From Catajapyx aquilonaris (Eukaryota), in assembly GCA_000934665.2 (NCBI GenBank), contig JYFJ02002233.1, positions 1 to 64,000 on the forward strand: a stretch of 64,000 nucleotides of DNA, given 5' to 3'. Positions 12,941-26,390 of this stretch are shown piece by piece (the first letter of the stretch is position 1; each line of letters opens with the position of its first letter). Both the position numbers and the translations under genes were made by a program. Below the pieces are notes generated by a model. It was not told where the DNA came from and searched no databases. It worked only from the letters and a program-made list of their open reading frames with translations.

Positions 12941-15576
12941 CGTTTGTAGCAAACAATTTTAAAACAAAATTACTCTACTTGATATTGACGATGTTATATA
13001 CTTGTCGTATATGCAGGGAGGCGTAATTCCCAAGATCCTTATGGTTTATGAAAGCCTGAGCAATATGAGGGACTGTGCTGGGGATGCTGGAAAGAAGAGT
13101 AATCCCGGCGGTGCGTGTACTTGTTAAATTTTAATTTGGCGAAATCCGTCTGGGGAAGAGCTGCATGGCTGGCAGGTTTTTCTTTCTCTCTCTCAGGTAC
13201 AATTTCAACGCAGAAGCAGAAGCAAAGTATGCCACAGCAAGCTAAAATAATATTCGAGGGCCACTGAATTGTCAGAGAGTTGGGGGTGTGCCGATTTTTA
13301 TCTGCGTGTTGAGTTATGTGCTGCTGTCTCCACGTCTGTCTGTCTGTTTGTACGAGGTTGAAGGTAGCGACATGATGACGTTGAAAGAATTTTCAGATAT
13401 ATTTTGCACACTTTGTATCGAACTGCACAATCAGCATGAATCATGCCAAAAAAACACAATTACCCTAGTCATAATTGTGAGGAAAGTGGCGGCTATAAAA
13501 TTCCCCCGGGTCAAGGTCATATCCCGCAATTGCTTTGTCCTTGCACAGACATTTGCCTTAAATTCATCATATGCGGTTAGTACACTCTCAGGCTATTTAC
13601 CTCCCAACAATTACCGTTCCAGCAATTGACATTCGACCTCCAAAAAAAAAAGTGTCGCCGCAACAGCGAAAAGGCCACAAACACGATTGCACAATTAATC
13701 AAATTTAATTTGCACATATTTGCGAAACTTGCTGGCAGCGCAGATTTCACCGTATTTGCCATTTGCAGTTGGGAACAGTTGATTAATATTGTTATCATAT
13801 TCTTTTTGATCGGCCAACAAGCGTCATCACCTAGCTTTACGACCAGTTGCAAAAACAACGACAATGGACCCGACCCATAACTGCCGTTGCGCACACACAT
13901 CATACACGGAAAAATGTCAATTAATTCAGTTTCCAACAAATTAATCACCCCATTCGGATCAGTCCAAAGGTTCTGTTTGCTTTTCATTACAAAACTGATG
14001 GCTAACAAAACCACACTGCAACTTTGTTGCATGACTTTTGCTGGGTTATTTACTATAGTGTAATAATCGCCTCATTTTTTTTAAAAAAAAGCAAGGTAAA
14101 CTTTTTGGCTCGGTGCTGATAAGACTCTCGCAATAATCGTTTGGCCCCTGTGTCCCCCTACCCATTATTTAATACCCTAGTTAATAATGCTAGACGTGCT
14201 AATTGGCCATCCCCGCAACAACACCGGGGCAGATAAGACATAAATATTGCAACAGCTTGGGCTTCCAGCTACATGGCCTCAACTCACACTACAAACCAAC
14301 CGACTAATCCGGATGTGGGGGGGTTAAAAAAGGAGATGAAATTTGCACCAAGATGATCCGGTGCAATTAGTTCAATATTAATTCTCACTAAGGAAAATAT
14401 TGCGCAATGATAAACCCTGTTTTTCATGGCACTTTGAAAATGTATGGGGCTAGTTTGTTTGTAAGATTTATGTCATGGCTGCAGATAAACACTTTGAACT
14501 CACTCGAGGCCGTAAAGCCCCCCCAAAATTCGAGTGTTCAATATTCTGGAGTGGTTCGAAATAGAATTGTCCAGAGTTTATTTGGGCTCTTGGTGTCACT
14601 ATATAGTTGACATTATCCGACTGTAAACACCAAACAGGATTTGAAAATGATGCAGGCTCCACCACAGGGCTAACCTCGTTAGTGAAGCAGTTAGAATAAC
14701 TTGCTTACAGTTAAGAACGCGCCTTACTAACGCTTTTACCGCAGTCAAAGGCTAACAGTGTCGATGAGCAACGGCCTTGACATGCGTTAAAAACAAGCCT
14801 GAAAACTTCGCAATATTGACACTGTAGCTTTAAATATTGGAGGCTACACACTTCCGGATTCCCGGATTCAGCCATTTTCCTCTCTCAGAGGAACCTAGGA
14901 CTAACATCACGACCTGAAACTTTCAGAGAAGCGACCCCCTTGGTGTCAGATTCGGGTGCAAACACTTGCCACAACTCTCCCTGTGTGCACCAACACCCGT
15001 CACCAAATTGGGTCATTTTACCGGTACTTGTTTCGCAAATTCCGGAGGAGCTTTTCCGGATAGAACGATCGAACTACGCATCTGTTGGGTTGAGCAGCGA
15101 AACTAGTCCAAGTTTAGAGACACAGGCAATGGACTTTGGGAGTTGGTCTCTCTCTCTCTCAGACGGAGAGAGAACTCAAGAAATTCTGGGGAAGCCTAAC
15201 TTAATGAAATTCCCCTCGGCGCCTAATCCCTATCCTCGCCCGCAAGATGATTGCGTGGCTGGCAAGGCAAGGAAGAGGAAAAGGAGCCAATGGCTTCCAA
15301 GATGTGGAAGAAGAAGAAGAAAAAAAATATATAAGGATTTTCTCTGCAGGAATAAGGCTGCTGTAGGCCCAAAGGAAAGAGAGAGGTTGTCGATTCAATT
15401 CAAGAAGCCATTCTGCACCAGAATCGGACTCAATCGCTGCCCGGATTTCTTCCCATCATATCGAATCATATGGTTCTGAAGGTAATCTTTTTTTTCTCCT
15501 TCTATTGCACTTGTTGGATCCTAATCCAAAACAAAATGTATCCGCATTGTCACAAGTCAGCCGGATTTTTACAGAT

Positions 15577-15594
15577 TACACACACACACACACA
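15577..15594 (+). repeat. (AC)n microsatellite
   Basis: An ACACAC... run of about 17 nt. Confidence 0.9.
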
Positions 15595-18439
15595 CGAATA
15601 AAAAACAACAATGGCGTACCTTTCTCGCTTCCTTGCGCAGTTGATCAAAACACTTGGAAATATTCCCAAACGGCTCACTGATGCAAAGTCACATTCCGAT
15701 GAAAATCCGAGGGTTTTACGCTGGGGGCAGGGCCTTTTAGCATCCGGAACACCTGATAAAACAGAAAATCTGAGAGTCAGTTTCCGGGATGGAGAGCAAC
15801 AGGTTTTTTTTCTTCTTCTTCTCCAAAGGCACAACAAATGAGGAGGCAAACGTCCTGCATATGAGATGAAGAGGCTATAGAGACTAGCGAAGAAGAAAAA
15901 AATAGAGTGTGGGGCAGCACAAAGCGGATTTGGCTAGCAATGTTTCCAGTAAGCTCCTCCTCAAAAGACTAAGGCCCATCCCCTGCAAAGAGGATTGGGA
16001 CCTTCTTCCGTCAGAACAGGCCGAAAAAAATACGTACAGTCTCAGGTTCCGGAGAGAAAAGAATTACTACAAGAAAACCCACTATCCGGAAGCGTGAGGT
16101 GAATGCGAAACGGCCGGATTTCATGCAGAGTACGGGACGCAATGATTTTTTGTTTAAATCAGGTGCCTAAAAGTGATAGTGCCCATTTTTTTCCCAGCCA
16201 TCAGATGAGGGGCTTGCATAAATAATCCATCATTAATTGTACATCGCACTGCATAATGTTATTGCCCGCATTACTATGGAGCCGTGCTTTTATTATTCCG
16301 ATGGGGCGTGTTTCTGCTCGAGACCTTTTGATGAACTCAAATACTTGGGCGCAAAAAATTGATTCAAAGACACGCAGCATTAATTATTCATAAATGTACA
16401 TAGCTTCCGGTATGAAACCGGTCTGTTCGCATTTTCTTAACGGAACATAACCGATGTGTATATGACACACAAGGTCAGGCTTTCAAAAATATGAACCCTA
16501 TATAGTTGATTGAATAAATCTGAGGCTAGAGTATTGCAGGCTTAATGAGGTAATCTAGCGCTCCAGGGTTCCCCCCGATTCACTTGACAATATTCGAGGC
16601 ATTTAATATTTAATCCTTGCAACGCCGACAAAATAGGTCATGAGGCCAGCTGGCTATTAATAATGCATGGTATTAAGTCACATAAATTTGTTACTTTGCC
16701 CTTGCAGTGTGCAGGAGGAAAATGATCACACTTCCTTAATAAATTCCATGCATTTTAATCGTTCCAGCCTTTAAGTTTTTTTTTACGATTTTTCATTTAA
16801 AGTTGAATAATTGCCAGGATGATTTTCGTACCTAGGAACACAAACTGTTTCATCTGTTAAACCAGTTTCCTGGGGACCACTTTACATTTTAAGACGTTAC
16901 ATATCAAGACCACGATGGCCGTGCAAAGGTAACATTCCCGAAAAGCAGTCTGAAACCAACGACGTAAAACTAGTTCCGAACCATTTCCCAAATAACGACT
17001 GTTCCGGGAATCCGGGTTCTAATCCTTCCCTGGCATAATCCCAAACTTGGACCGCCTGAAAGTTTCTGCTTCGCCACCATTACACTGCAGATCCGGTGGG
17101 GCTATGAACAGAAACTGGACCGAAAAAAAAAATTACAAAATATACGTGGCCCAAATAGGGGCGCTGGGGTGGGCCAACTCGAGCCAAAAATGACATTATT
17201 AGAGGATCGATGTCGAAGGCTCGCGTTTCTGCAGAAAATGTGTGCCAACCCCTAATTCATCCCCCACTGTTTTCTCAATCCCAGGGATTTCCTAGCTGGC
17301 ACTTGAAAAATCGACGCTGTTTACAATGTTCGACGAACAGGATTATTTTTGTGATCTGTGGTCAGTCGACCCATCAAAAACTATCTAGAGGAATTCTGCA
17401 CGTTATGATCATTTGGCTCAAAAGCTTTCCACATTTTTTTGTTTACTTCACACTGAAAAAAAAACCGCTGGAAGCAAACATGCAGCTTGAAAGCCTTTTT
17501 AGTGTGAAAAACGATCCGTTTTCTTTTCTGACAATACAGCTTGAATATAAGTTTCTTTATTATTCATAGCGGTGCTTTTTTTTGCCGCACAAATGGAGAG
17601 GACATGAGTGCCTTCCCAAAAGTGCAAAATAGGACCCGGTTATTTTGCGGGTGGATTATAAAGCCCAGCCGGTCCCAGGGGAAATAATTCAGCAACAGTC
17701 TACAAACGTCCACGATAATTCAATTGCATCACCAGTGTAAATATTTCAGCATGTGCAGAGGATCAATATGAATCGAATGAGTGGAAGTATCAAACTCAAT
17801 TTTCAAAATACAGAGCAGGCTGTTGTCTGGCCGTTATGAGGATACAATTCTGCAGATTGGAAAGGCCTGTTTCATGCCAAATATTATTCGCGACGAGATA
17901 TTGCGAAAGTGCGTCACTCACTGAGAAAATGTAATTAAACATGGCGTGGATGAGGCCGAGAAATAGCGCGGGAAAATGTAATAAATGTTAAGACTATACC
18001 TTCCCCAAGAAAGTTACGCCTGACGTTTTCAATAAGACTGTAGTTAATAACAAAATCCATTAATATTTGGGGAGGAAAAAAAAGGCCCCGTCCTTCAAGC
18101 CTCGACGGGCCTGGCGCCGAAAATGGGAGAAGACTAATGCTCTTTTGGTCATAAATTAAGTGTGAGATCCTGTCGAGCGAAAAGATATTATGAACTTGCG
18201 AATTCCTCCCAAAAATCTTTTGGATGCTTAATTTGATGTCGCAATTTCCTTCAAACATGTGCATGATTTCTAATAATCGGATTATTATTATTTTTCGTTA
18301 ATTAGATCTGGATTAATTCCGACCTTCGCAATAGCAATCAAACCTCTGAAGAGTGCGCGTCATAGTTTGGAATGCAGTTTCTGTGTTAGTCATTGAGCGT
18401 GGCTAGTAATGAAGACTATGAGGGTGATGGCAGTTCAGT

Positions 18440-18454
18440 GGGTGGGTGGGTGGG
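18440..18454 (+). other. Canonical G-quadruplex-forming motif (GGGT)3GGG
   Basis: GGGTGGGTGGGTGGG: four G3 tracts with 1-nt loops. Confidence 0.75.
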
Positions 18455-21400
18455 TAGGTCGGGTGGTAAAAAATCCTCGCCGCCCCCTTTTCCCTCATTT
18501 CCGACTCAAATTACCTCGTTACTCCAACCCTCGCTTCAAAGGGCAATAACGGATACAGGGAAAGGTTTTTTTTTCTCACTGATGAAGCTTCCAGACCCTC
18601 GCGACCAACCAATTTTTTTCCAGAATTGAAGTTGACACAATTGAAATGTGGCTGATCTATGAGCGACCCTGTACTGCAGATTAATATTGGAAAAGTTCAA
18701 TAAAAACATTGCAATGTTGCACACAGAAAATTTTATGGAACCGGATTGCTTTATTAAATCATTACGCAATGCGACGTACCGTGCCTGGCAGGGCCAGTAC
18801 TGATACGGTCACTCCAACGCCTCACAGATATTAAACACCAACACAATGAGCAGTGGGCCTTGGGCCCGGATTTCATTATTAAATCCTGTTTGTGATTGCA
18901 GGAATATATTTTGCTCTAAGATTTTGGGGCCAGACAGACAGTAATTTGATTAGGTTCAATATCTTCCTCCCGTCCCTGATAAGTAGAAATCCGTCCCTCT
19001 CCATCTGAATGGAATCCACATTCCCATCCCCGTACCATTAGCGGACTACACCCCGGATAACCAATGTAATTCCCCCGTCAGAGACGTCTCCTCCGACGTC
19101 GATATGCGGCGGCGGCTGCCCGGTTAATGAGAAAATCTGCGCCAGTTGTTGCCGCGTACATGTAAGCGGTCATGCAATCCAGAAACGCGCCTCGAGGTAA
19201 ATTCGGGCATAATTTTCTTGGCTAACTAATAATTAAGCCAAGTAGTGCGTTTCATGCTCCGGAAAAAAATGGTGCAGGGTTTACCCCCCCCCCCCCCCCC
19301 NCCCTCTCTCTCTAAAAGTTAGGGGCGGTGAGTAATTAGATGAATTATCCAGATTCCTGCTTCCGGGACATCATTCTGTACTGTGGGAGTTGCAGCGTCT
19401 AGACTTTTTGCTGGACATCAAATAATGATGAGCCAGGAACGTTGCAAAATGGCCAGGGCATTATTTCGCCATTAGCTGGAACTGGGAAGGCTGAAGCAGG
19501 AATTCAATTAGGAGTATACTCAAATGCAATTCAGCGCAGGATAATTTATATCACTTGCGTCTTATGCAAGTGTCCCATTGTTGACTGCTCTCGGTAAGTT
19601 ATCAGTGTACCAGCACAATGTTACTCTTCCACACATCTCTTCACAGCCAGCAGATATGAGAATCCTTTGTGTGCCCCCCTCAATTGTACCGGATATTTTT
19701 GCAAAAAAAAAAACAAATCACCAGCCTTTCAGCCTGACCCCCCTTCACAATGCACCACTGTGTGTAATCCAATCGTCACACACCGCCTCTGTATGGTTCC
19801 AAAAAAGAGACACCACAGTACTGATCTAAAAGGTAGCAAAGGATTTTTTTGGAAACAATGCTCAAATTCCAGCTCTTTTTTTTCGAGGTATTCCAAACCC
19901 AATGACGCATCGAGCAGTTCCCTTGACGATCAACAACACGCGTGATTGCCATTGTTTTCATGGGGGGGATTTCGGACCTACTACGTTCCACGCAGAAGAG
20001 AGGAAATTATCAATAGGCCACGCAATTATCATCGCTATTACGTGTAATCAGGCGATTTGAACCCCCCCATCCCATTTCTCTATGTCTCTCTCTGGCACAT
20101 AGGAATCTTCCGCACGGGTTGACCTCCCAACTGCATTTAATTCGGTTTTATTGGCTGCGTCGGTTTACGCCGCCCATTCCTACCTACAGAGCGCAGGGTT
20201 TTAATACTCACGTCGTGTAATGAAGAGCCCCCTGCATTTTTCAGCATTAATTAGTCCAGACTAATGTGGAGTGGGAATAAGAACTGAAGGACGCCAAAAA
20301 AATCAGCCTTTTTGTGGATTCCACTTTTTCCTCCCAAAAAAAGGTGCAATTAGTGACATATGCGATATGAATAACTGTTATTTGGGCCGTAATTACTGAG
20401 CTGCTAATGAAGCTTAGCTGCATGAGCGGTGGATTACATTACCAAGTAATGAAAGTGTCAAATTGCAGCCTTTTACTATCGCTCCGGTGCTATTACTTCG
20501 CAGTTATGCGAGGCTGCAAAACTCATCAGCATTTCGAATATCATGAATCCGCGGATTGAATAGTTTTATCCGCTTGTAATATTTCCAACACCCAACTTGT
20601 TCCGGTTGGATTACTCTCAGTGTACGTTTGCTCAATTTGCATTTTTTTTTCAATCGATAGCACTGAAAGTTTTACAGCTCAATTCTTAGACAATTGAACT
20701 ATTTAGCTTCAATGTATATATGCTCGATGAAATTTGGGCACGTTGCAACATAACTGGCGCTAAAATTTGCGTTCAAATTACCATAACCAGCAGCTCATGG
20801 CACGAACATGAATCACATTTTAACCCCCAAAAAAGTAGCCGCTAAATCACATCTCCATCCCAAAAAAATGTTTTTTTTTTAAAAAGGGATGGACACATCC
20901 GTAAAGCCGGGCTCGTAACAATAAATCCGTACCCAACAGAAGCGGATTGTTCAGCAACAAAAATTTACGCTCCAATTACCATAGTTGCATTTGACTATTG
21001 GCAGCAATTGGAGCGTCCAGGGCATATCCGGTGACCTTGAGTAAGAGTGATGCAGCCTCGCAAACTGTTCGCCAGAAAAAAAAATTATAGTTGCTGCCAT
21101 AAGCAGCTGTTAAAATATCAGTGGACGCTTCACACGTTGTCCGTTTCCCCCCCCCCCCCCAAAAAAAAAACTGCTCTCGACATGTATTTTTTTTTTCGAG
21201 CCGTAACAAAATCGCAACTGGCAAAAGTGGACGGAGACAGTCCGATTGGCTCCAAAGTTCTTCGCAAAAGCCAGCAGGAACTGATGGGAATATTGCGAGA
21301 GAAAAAAAAAAGTTTGTCCTAACTTAACAGCAGAAAACGTATTTCCTCGCTTTTTTTTCCTTCTACACATCTACCCACGGGCCTCCAAAAACCATTGCTA

Positions 21401-24400
21401 ACTCTTACTAGCGTGGGTTTCAACTTTTGTCAATAGCAGCTGCTGCTCCTCGAGAGGCGTCCCCGCGATTTCCGGAAGAACCAGAAGATATCTAACCTGG
21501 CACATCTCCAGGGTCTTTATGAAGAAAAAAAAAACACACGGTGCCCCCAAAAGCTATTGGTCGTAACTTACAATGGAAGCGACTGGCCGTGAACTCTGGC
21601 AACATTGCATTTTTGAACGTATTTTCATCAAATTGTTATACTTCCTGCTGCAACCAAGTTTCTAAATCCGGTTTTACACTGTCCAAAACCAGTGTTGGCG
21701 ATTGCCCCTCGGTTGGGAGAGAAAAGCCGTAAAATAAACTCCGCTGCGTTTTATTTGCGGCCGCACTTATCTCCACGAGCTTTTTCTCTCTCTCTCAAGC
21801 TTCTATTCCGAATTATCAATACTCATGCATGAGCAATGAGGACGGGAGATAACTGCAGCCACACTGTTCCAGAGTGGAGCTATGACGTCAGCAAATATCG
21901 CTCTCAGAGGTTTCTTTTAAAAAGAATTTTGAGGTCACAATATTGAAAGGGGGGAGAGATAGCAGCCAAGGAAGGATATTGGGTTTGCAATTTGCGTCGA
22001 GGCGAAATAGTTTATTAAGCAGGTTTAATGCGAAATTATGTGATTTTGGGGCAATATTTCGGTGAAACCAGTGGACTCTAGATGTAATGTAAATTTACAT
22101 AATGAGTTAGCTTCATTACTAAACATTCCACGGATCAAACTGGTACTCCGAACTAGTCTGAGTGACGTGCCTCAAGTATATTTATTCTAATCTTGAGCTA
22201 TAGAGTAATGAGGCGTAAGAGGGAGCCAAACCGCATTTCAGGGGAAGCATCTTAATATCCCCCATCCAGCCTTCTAAAGCCTTCATTTGCAATTCGGCTC
22301 TAACTCCGAGGCCTCTGTGGGACTTTGGTCACATCCACTTGCTTTGTGCCTGCCTGTTTCTCACTTCACTGGATCCGAATCCAACTCACCGAATAACTTC
22401 CAGGGCACTCAACTTCTTTTCCAAACTGAGTTTCTGTGCATGACCTTTTAGACCCGGACCAGAAACTCAGTCCAAAATAAACATCGGACTTGATTAATAC
22501 TCTAATGGGCCTGCCCACATTTTTTTTTTTTTGCGAAATATCTAGAGCGCATTGCCAAAACTGAAATTGATGGATCCAGTGGTTGCGGACACTGAGGCCT
22601 GACATTTCCAAGGAGGTAAAGGTTAAGTTCGCAATTTTTTTTCGGGGAGGCTAAACAACAAGAGCACCTTGGAAGAAGGTCAAACTTGCCGCGAGGGGGT
22701 ATGACTCCTTATCTGAGACAGTGAATAAGCGACTTCCTCTTTATGCGCCCACAACTGTTTATCTCCGCCTCACCGGATGGATAAAAACAAAATGTGTGTC
22801 ATATTTACAGCCCACTTGTCTGCTCCGCTCGCAAAAATATGTGAAGTAAAAGCAAGAAAATTTTGCAAAAACTTTGCTTGAAAAAGTGTGGGGTGATGTA
22901 CATTTTTACTTATGTAATTAATTTAGTTATTAATTTTAAATATCAATGCGACCAGAGAGTCTGTGTTGGACATGTTTCATATTCGCCATAATTATTTGGC
23001 GCACAAATATTAAATTGCCAAACACTAACTTTAAATTGTCCTATCCATTAGGTTAAAAGCAGGCGACATAATTTTCCTTTCAACAGTGAAAGCCACAAAG
23101 GTGACCTTGGAACAATTCTGGCCAACAAAATCTTGATATCTCACGGCGCAATCGTGGAATAAAGCATCCCTCCCTACCCCCCCTCTATTCGCGATTTCGC
23201 TTGCGAATAATAATGGTTAATCTAAAACCGGAAATTAACTTCACCCTCGAGAGCATGGTTTCTATTCAAACGTGCGATTAATCAATTGCGACCCCCCCCC
23301 CCCCCCATTTCAAACCAAATCTGCACGCAAAATTTTTTTTGTTTTAATTTTTTGGGGTGCAATCCGGGTCAAATGACACGCGCCAGAGGTGTGCCAGTAT
23401 CTCCGCAAAAATTTATTTTGGGAATTGCGAGCGAGAGTTGATATCCCCCAAAAAATTTGGGTCATAACCGCCTGGTCTGGCACAGATAACCGGACGTTTT
23501 ATTTTCAGCTGCGCGAATTTGTTACTTGCTGAGTGTTAACGAACTGGGTGAGCTTTCAAGGCGCCAACTATTTGCAAACAGGCCATCCGCAACTATTTCG
23601 TACTATCGTGGCCCATGTTAGCCAACAAAATACTGGTTTGAATTGACTTTTACTGCCAAGTCGAACCTTTCCAAACGCGGTCACTGGCACGAACCATCGC
23701 ACCGCAATTTATTACGATATAATTATCGTCTTTTCGACATTAGTTTATGGGTGTAGAAATGAAATAAATAAATAAATATCGATATGCAGTCACTCAAAAA
23801 ATCGAACAAGGAGACGATACATCGAAATATGCAGATTCAGTGCAAAAATTTGTCAAAGAACCTGTTAGAAACATGTTGGGGTCGGCCAAGGGCAGGCGGA
23901 ATCAAACAAAATGTCAGTCGAGTTTTCCCTCAGGACACATGTCTATCCTGGGGGCTATGGACACTAGACCTCACACAAGCTAGGTACATCCCACGTTACT
24001 ACATGTACCGATCGATACCACTAATTACGAGCTTACAAAGTTAGCGGGTGTAATCAAGTTCCCCTTCTTTTTTTTATCTCTCTCTCTCTCTCCTATATAT
24101 TTTCCCATCGAAACTTGGTAAGCGCCTAGAATTATGCGGTTGTGTCCCGCGTATAGTTGGACCTATGACCTATCCTATAGCAAAGTCGCCCCCTCACTCT
24201 GCGCTTAACTACACTCTTCTTCCCACAGGCTATGCGGCGTTTTGCATTGCTTTCGCCCGGCACCAATAGACCGAATCAAGGGTGACAAACCGAGACTACT
24301 TGAAACCATTCACGGCGATGGCCAATAGTGTCAGATCAGGATGTGCTGAACTGCCAATTCATCTCTAGGCGCGCTGTAAATGGCGCCTCAATGTCATGCT

Positions 24401-24522
24401 ATTTATAAAACGGAACATACCAGCATGCTCTATTAGCCGAATTCTTGAAAAAATTGCGAGTGTCTATTGGCTGCTGGCCACAATATCAAAGATTAGCAAT
24501 CGCCAACCATAGTGTTCTAGAC

Positions 24523-24675
24523 GGGTCTCGGACTTTTCGCCCCCGTGGCATTTTCTCACAGGCAGTGGAATATGTCACGGGGGCGAATACGCCGGGGCGA
24601 AATTGTCACGGGGCCAATGTGCCGGAGGCTAAAAGTCCGGGGGCGAACCGGCGGGGGCGAAAATGCCGGATCTCC
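24523..24675. mobile_element. GC-rich MITE-like element with internal tandem GGGGCGAA units
   Basis: The left end GGGTCTCGGACTTTTCGCCCCCG is inverted relative to the right end CGGGGGCGAAAATGCCGGATCTC. About 6 degenerate (C)GGGGC(G)AA repeat units lie in 24578-24662. GC content contrasts sharply with the flanks. Confidence 0.7.
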
Positions 24676-24752
24676 TTTTAGATGACATCGATATTACATT
24701 TGGCGATGTGTATCGATATTCATGGGCCTGAGCTCTGTGATTAGCTGGAGCG

Positions 24753-24777
24753 CTGTGACGTCACAGGCTGCGATTGG
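24753..24777. promoter_or_regulatory. CRE palindrome plus adjacent CCAAT box
   Basis: CTGTGACGTCACAG (24753-24766) is a perfect 14-bp palindrome containing TGACGTCA. ATTGG lies at 24773-24777. Confidence 0.35.
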
Positions 24778-25203
24778 CTCAACTTCTCTGGACAAACAGA
24801 AGGATTCATTATGTACAGAGATTACTCTGCAAGATTATAAAATTGAAAATGCAGTATTCACGGATGATATTGAACATTGAAGAAAAAAAATCACGATGAA
24901 AATAGCGATGAGAAAATGCGCGTTTGAAAAATCGGCAAAAACTGGAAAAAAAGTATGCCAAATTCGACGGAATGGGGTTGTTTCCTCTCTTTTTTTTCTT
25001 TCAGCAGACCGGCTGACAGGAAGCACAGCTGCGCAGAAAAAAAAAATCCCCAACAGAAGTGACAGCTCGGTTAATAGCAACTAGCATCACGCTAAAACGC
25101 AACAAAAATTGAGAAGTCCGAGAGAGACTCTAGGCTTCAAAAAAAAAGCGAGGCCGCCAGCCAGTTCTCGCTCAACACAAGCGATTTTTTTGTATCTGTC
25201 GGC

Positions 25204-25223
25204 TCTCTCTCTCTCTCTCTCTC
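25204..25223 (+). repeat. (CT)10 microsatellite
   Basis: CTCTCTCTCTCTCTCTCTCT. Confidence 0.9.
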
Positions 25224-26360
25224 AAAAAAAAGCGACAGACAGCCGTCAGGGTTGTAAGCAATATTCATGTTCCAACAGTGAACCTTTCGCCAATAGACAC
25301 TGCCACAGTGCCACATGCCTACAAAAGCCAGGCTGTAAATATATAGGTTAGCAGGCTTTTTGGGACACACATACCCGGGGACAAACTAGCGCCTTTAAAA
25401 AAAAAGGCTTTCAGAAAGTTTCTATCGCACCTTTTCAACAACCTAGTGGCAGGTATAGCACTCGAGCTGAAAAGCATCCAGTCAAATAAGGCCCCATATC
25501 CTTCTAATGCAGGACGCCCTACAGCAGCTGCCTCTTTTCACGCCATTTTGTGGAACATGGCTTAAGCAGCATAAAAAGCTCTTTTAAAAAAAAATCACAA
25601 ATTTATCTAGTTTAAAATATTAATAAAAAGATGGTAGTGGCAGCTAATGTCGCCTATAAATATAAATAGACGCTAAAATTGGATATCTGTCGAGGCGATT
25701 CATTTTTAAAGGCCCATTTTCTTCAGAGCCTTTCCAGGACATTACTCACAAATCATGCAGTGGGCCATAATTAGGGTGGGTGCTAGAGAGGCTCTTCTCT
25801 GAGGCCAAGTTGTTCCCAATCGGCAAAGTTTTCCCCACGTTAGACTTTTTTTTTCTTCTTCTTCCAACCCGAGTGGGTGGAAAGACAGAGCGACCCTGAA
25901 GAATTGGAAAAGAGGGGGCTTTTCAGGCCCATCCTTCCTTTTCTTCTCACTAGAAACCCACTGGAAACTTTCCAAACGGACATCAATGCACTGAGAAAAT
26001 TGGCCTGAAATGTTATCCCCAGTGTACAATACACCTTTTTTTTATTAGCGTCTGGTCAAATCCTGGACGACGTCTTTTTTTGTCCGCATTGTGTACCATC
26101 TCAACGGATTATTTTTGCTGCCCTTCAGAAAAGTTTTTTTTTTCAATAGTTTTTGCGGCGCAAAATAGAGCGGAGGCGCTTATTCGATCGTAAAAATTGG
26201 AGAGGCGATTTGTTTAGGCGAAGGCTCGTAAGATAGGCCATTGATTGGCCTCCCTGCACCATCAGCCCTTTTGTTATCCCTCGGTTAGAAACGACCCTCG
26301 TTTTTTTTACACATCCTAAAACATGACCCATTCATCTTTTTTTTCCCGAGCTCAACATGC

Positions 26361-26390
26361 GCTGTGTCCGAGAGGTGTATCGGACACAGC
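26361..26390. repeat. 11-bp perfect stem-loop
   Basis: GCTGTGTCCGA-GAGGTGTA-TCGGACACAGC. Confidence 0.85.

Noticed and set aside
14940..15479. Longest ORF (179 aa), and similar ORFs at 5119-5613, 2690-3151 and 13577-14032
   Set aside because: No recognisable domain, several have non-ATG starts, and they are built from homopolymer or microsatellite sequence. Their lengths are compatible with chance.
15611..15841. ORF MAYLSRFLAQ... with an A-rich Kozak-like context
   Set aside because: No recognisable homology. The context is equally well explained by a minus-strand splice donor and intron start.
20487..20537. Minus-strand CUGAUGA...GAA hammerhead-like arrangement
   Set aside because: The core has GAAG instead of GAAA, and stems I and III cannot form properly. 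Other CTGATGA hits also lack the fold.
24575..24665. CRISPR-like repeat array
   Set aside because: The units are about 8-15 bp, degenerate and without unique spacers, and there are no cas genes.
25915..25931. Histone 3' stem-loop-like GGGGCTTTTCAGGCCCA (also GGCTCTTTTCAC near 42909)
   Set aside because: The stem has a mismatch or departs from the consensus, and there is no histone ORF upstream.
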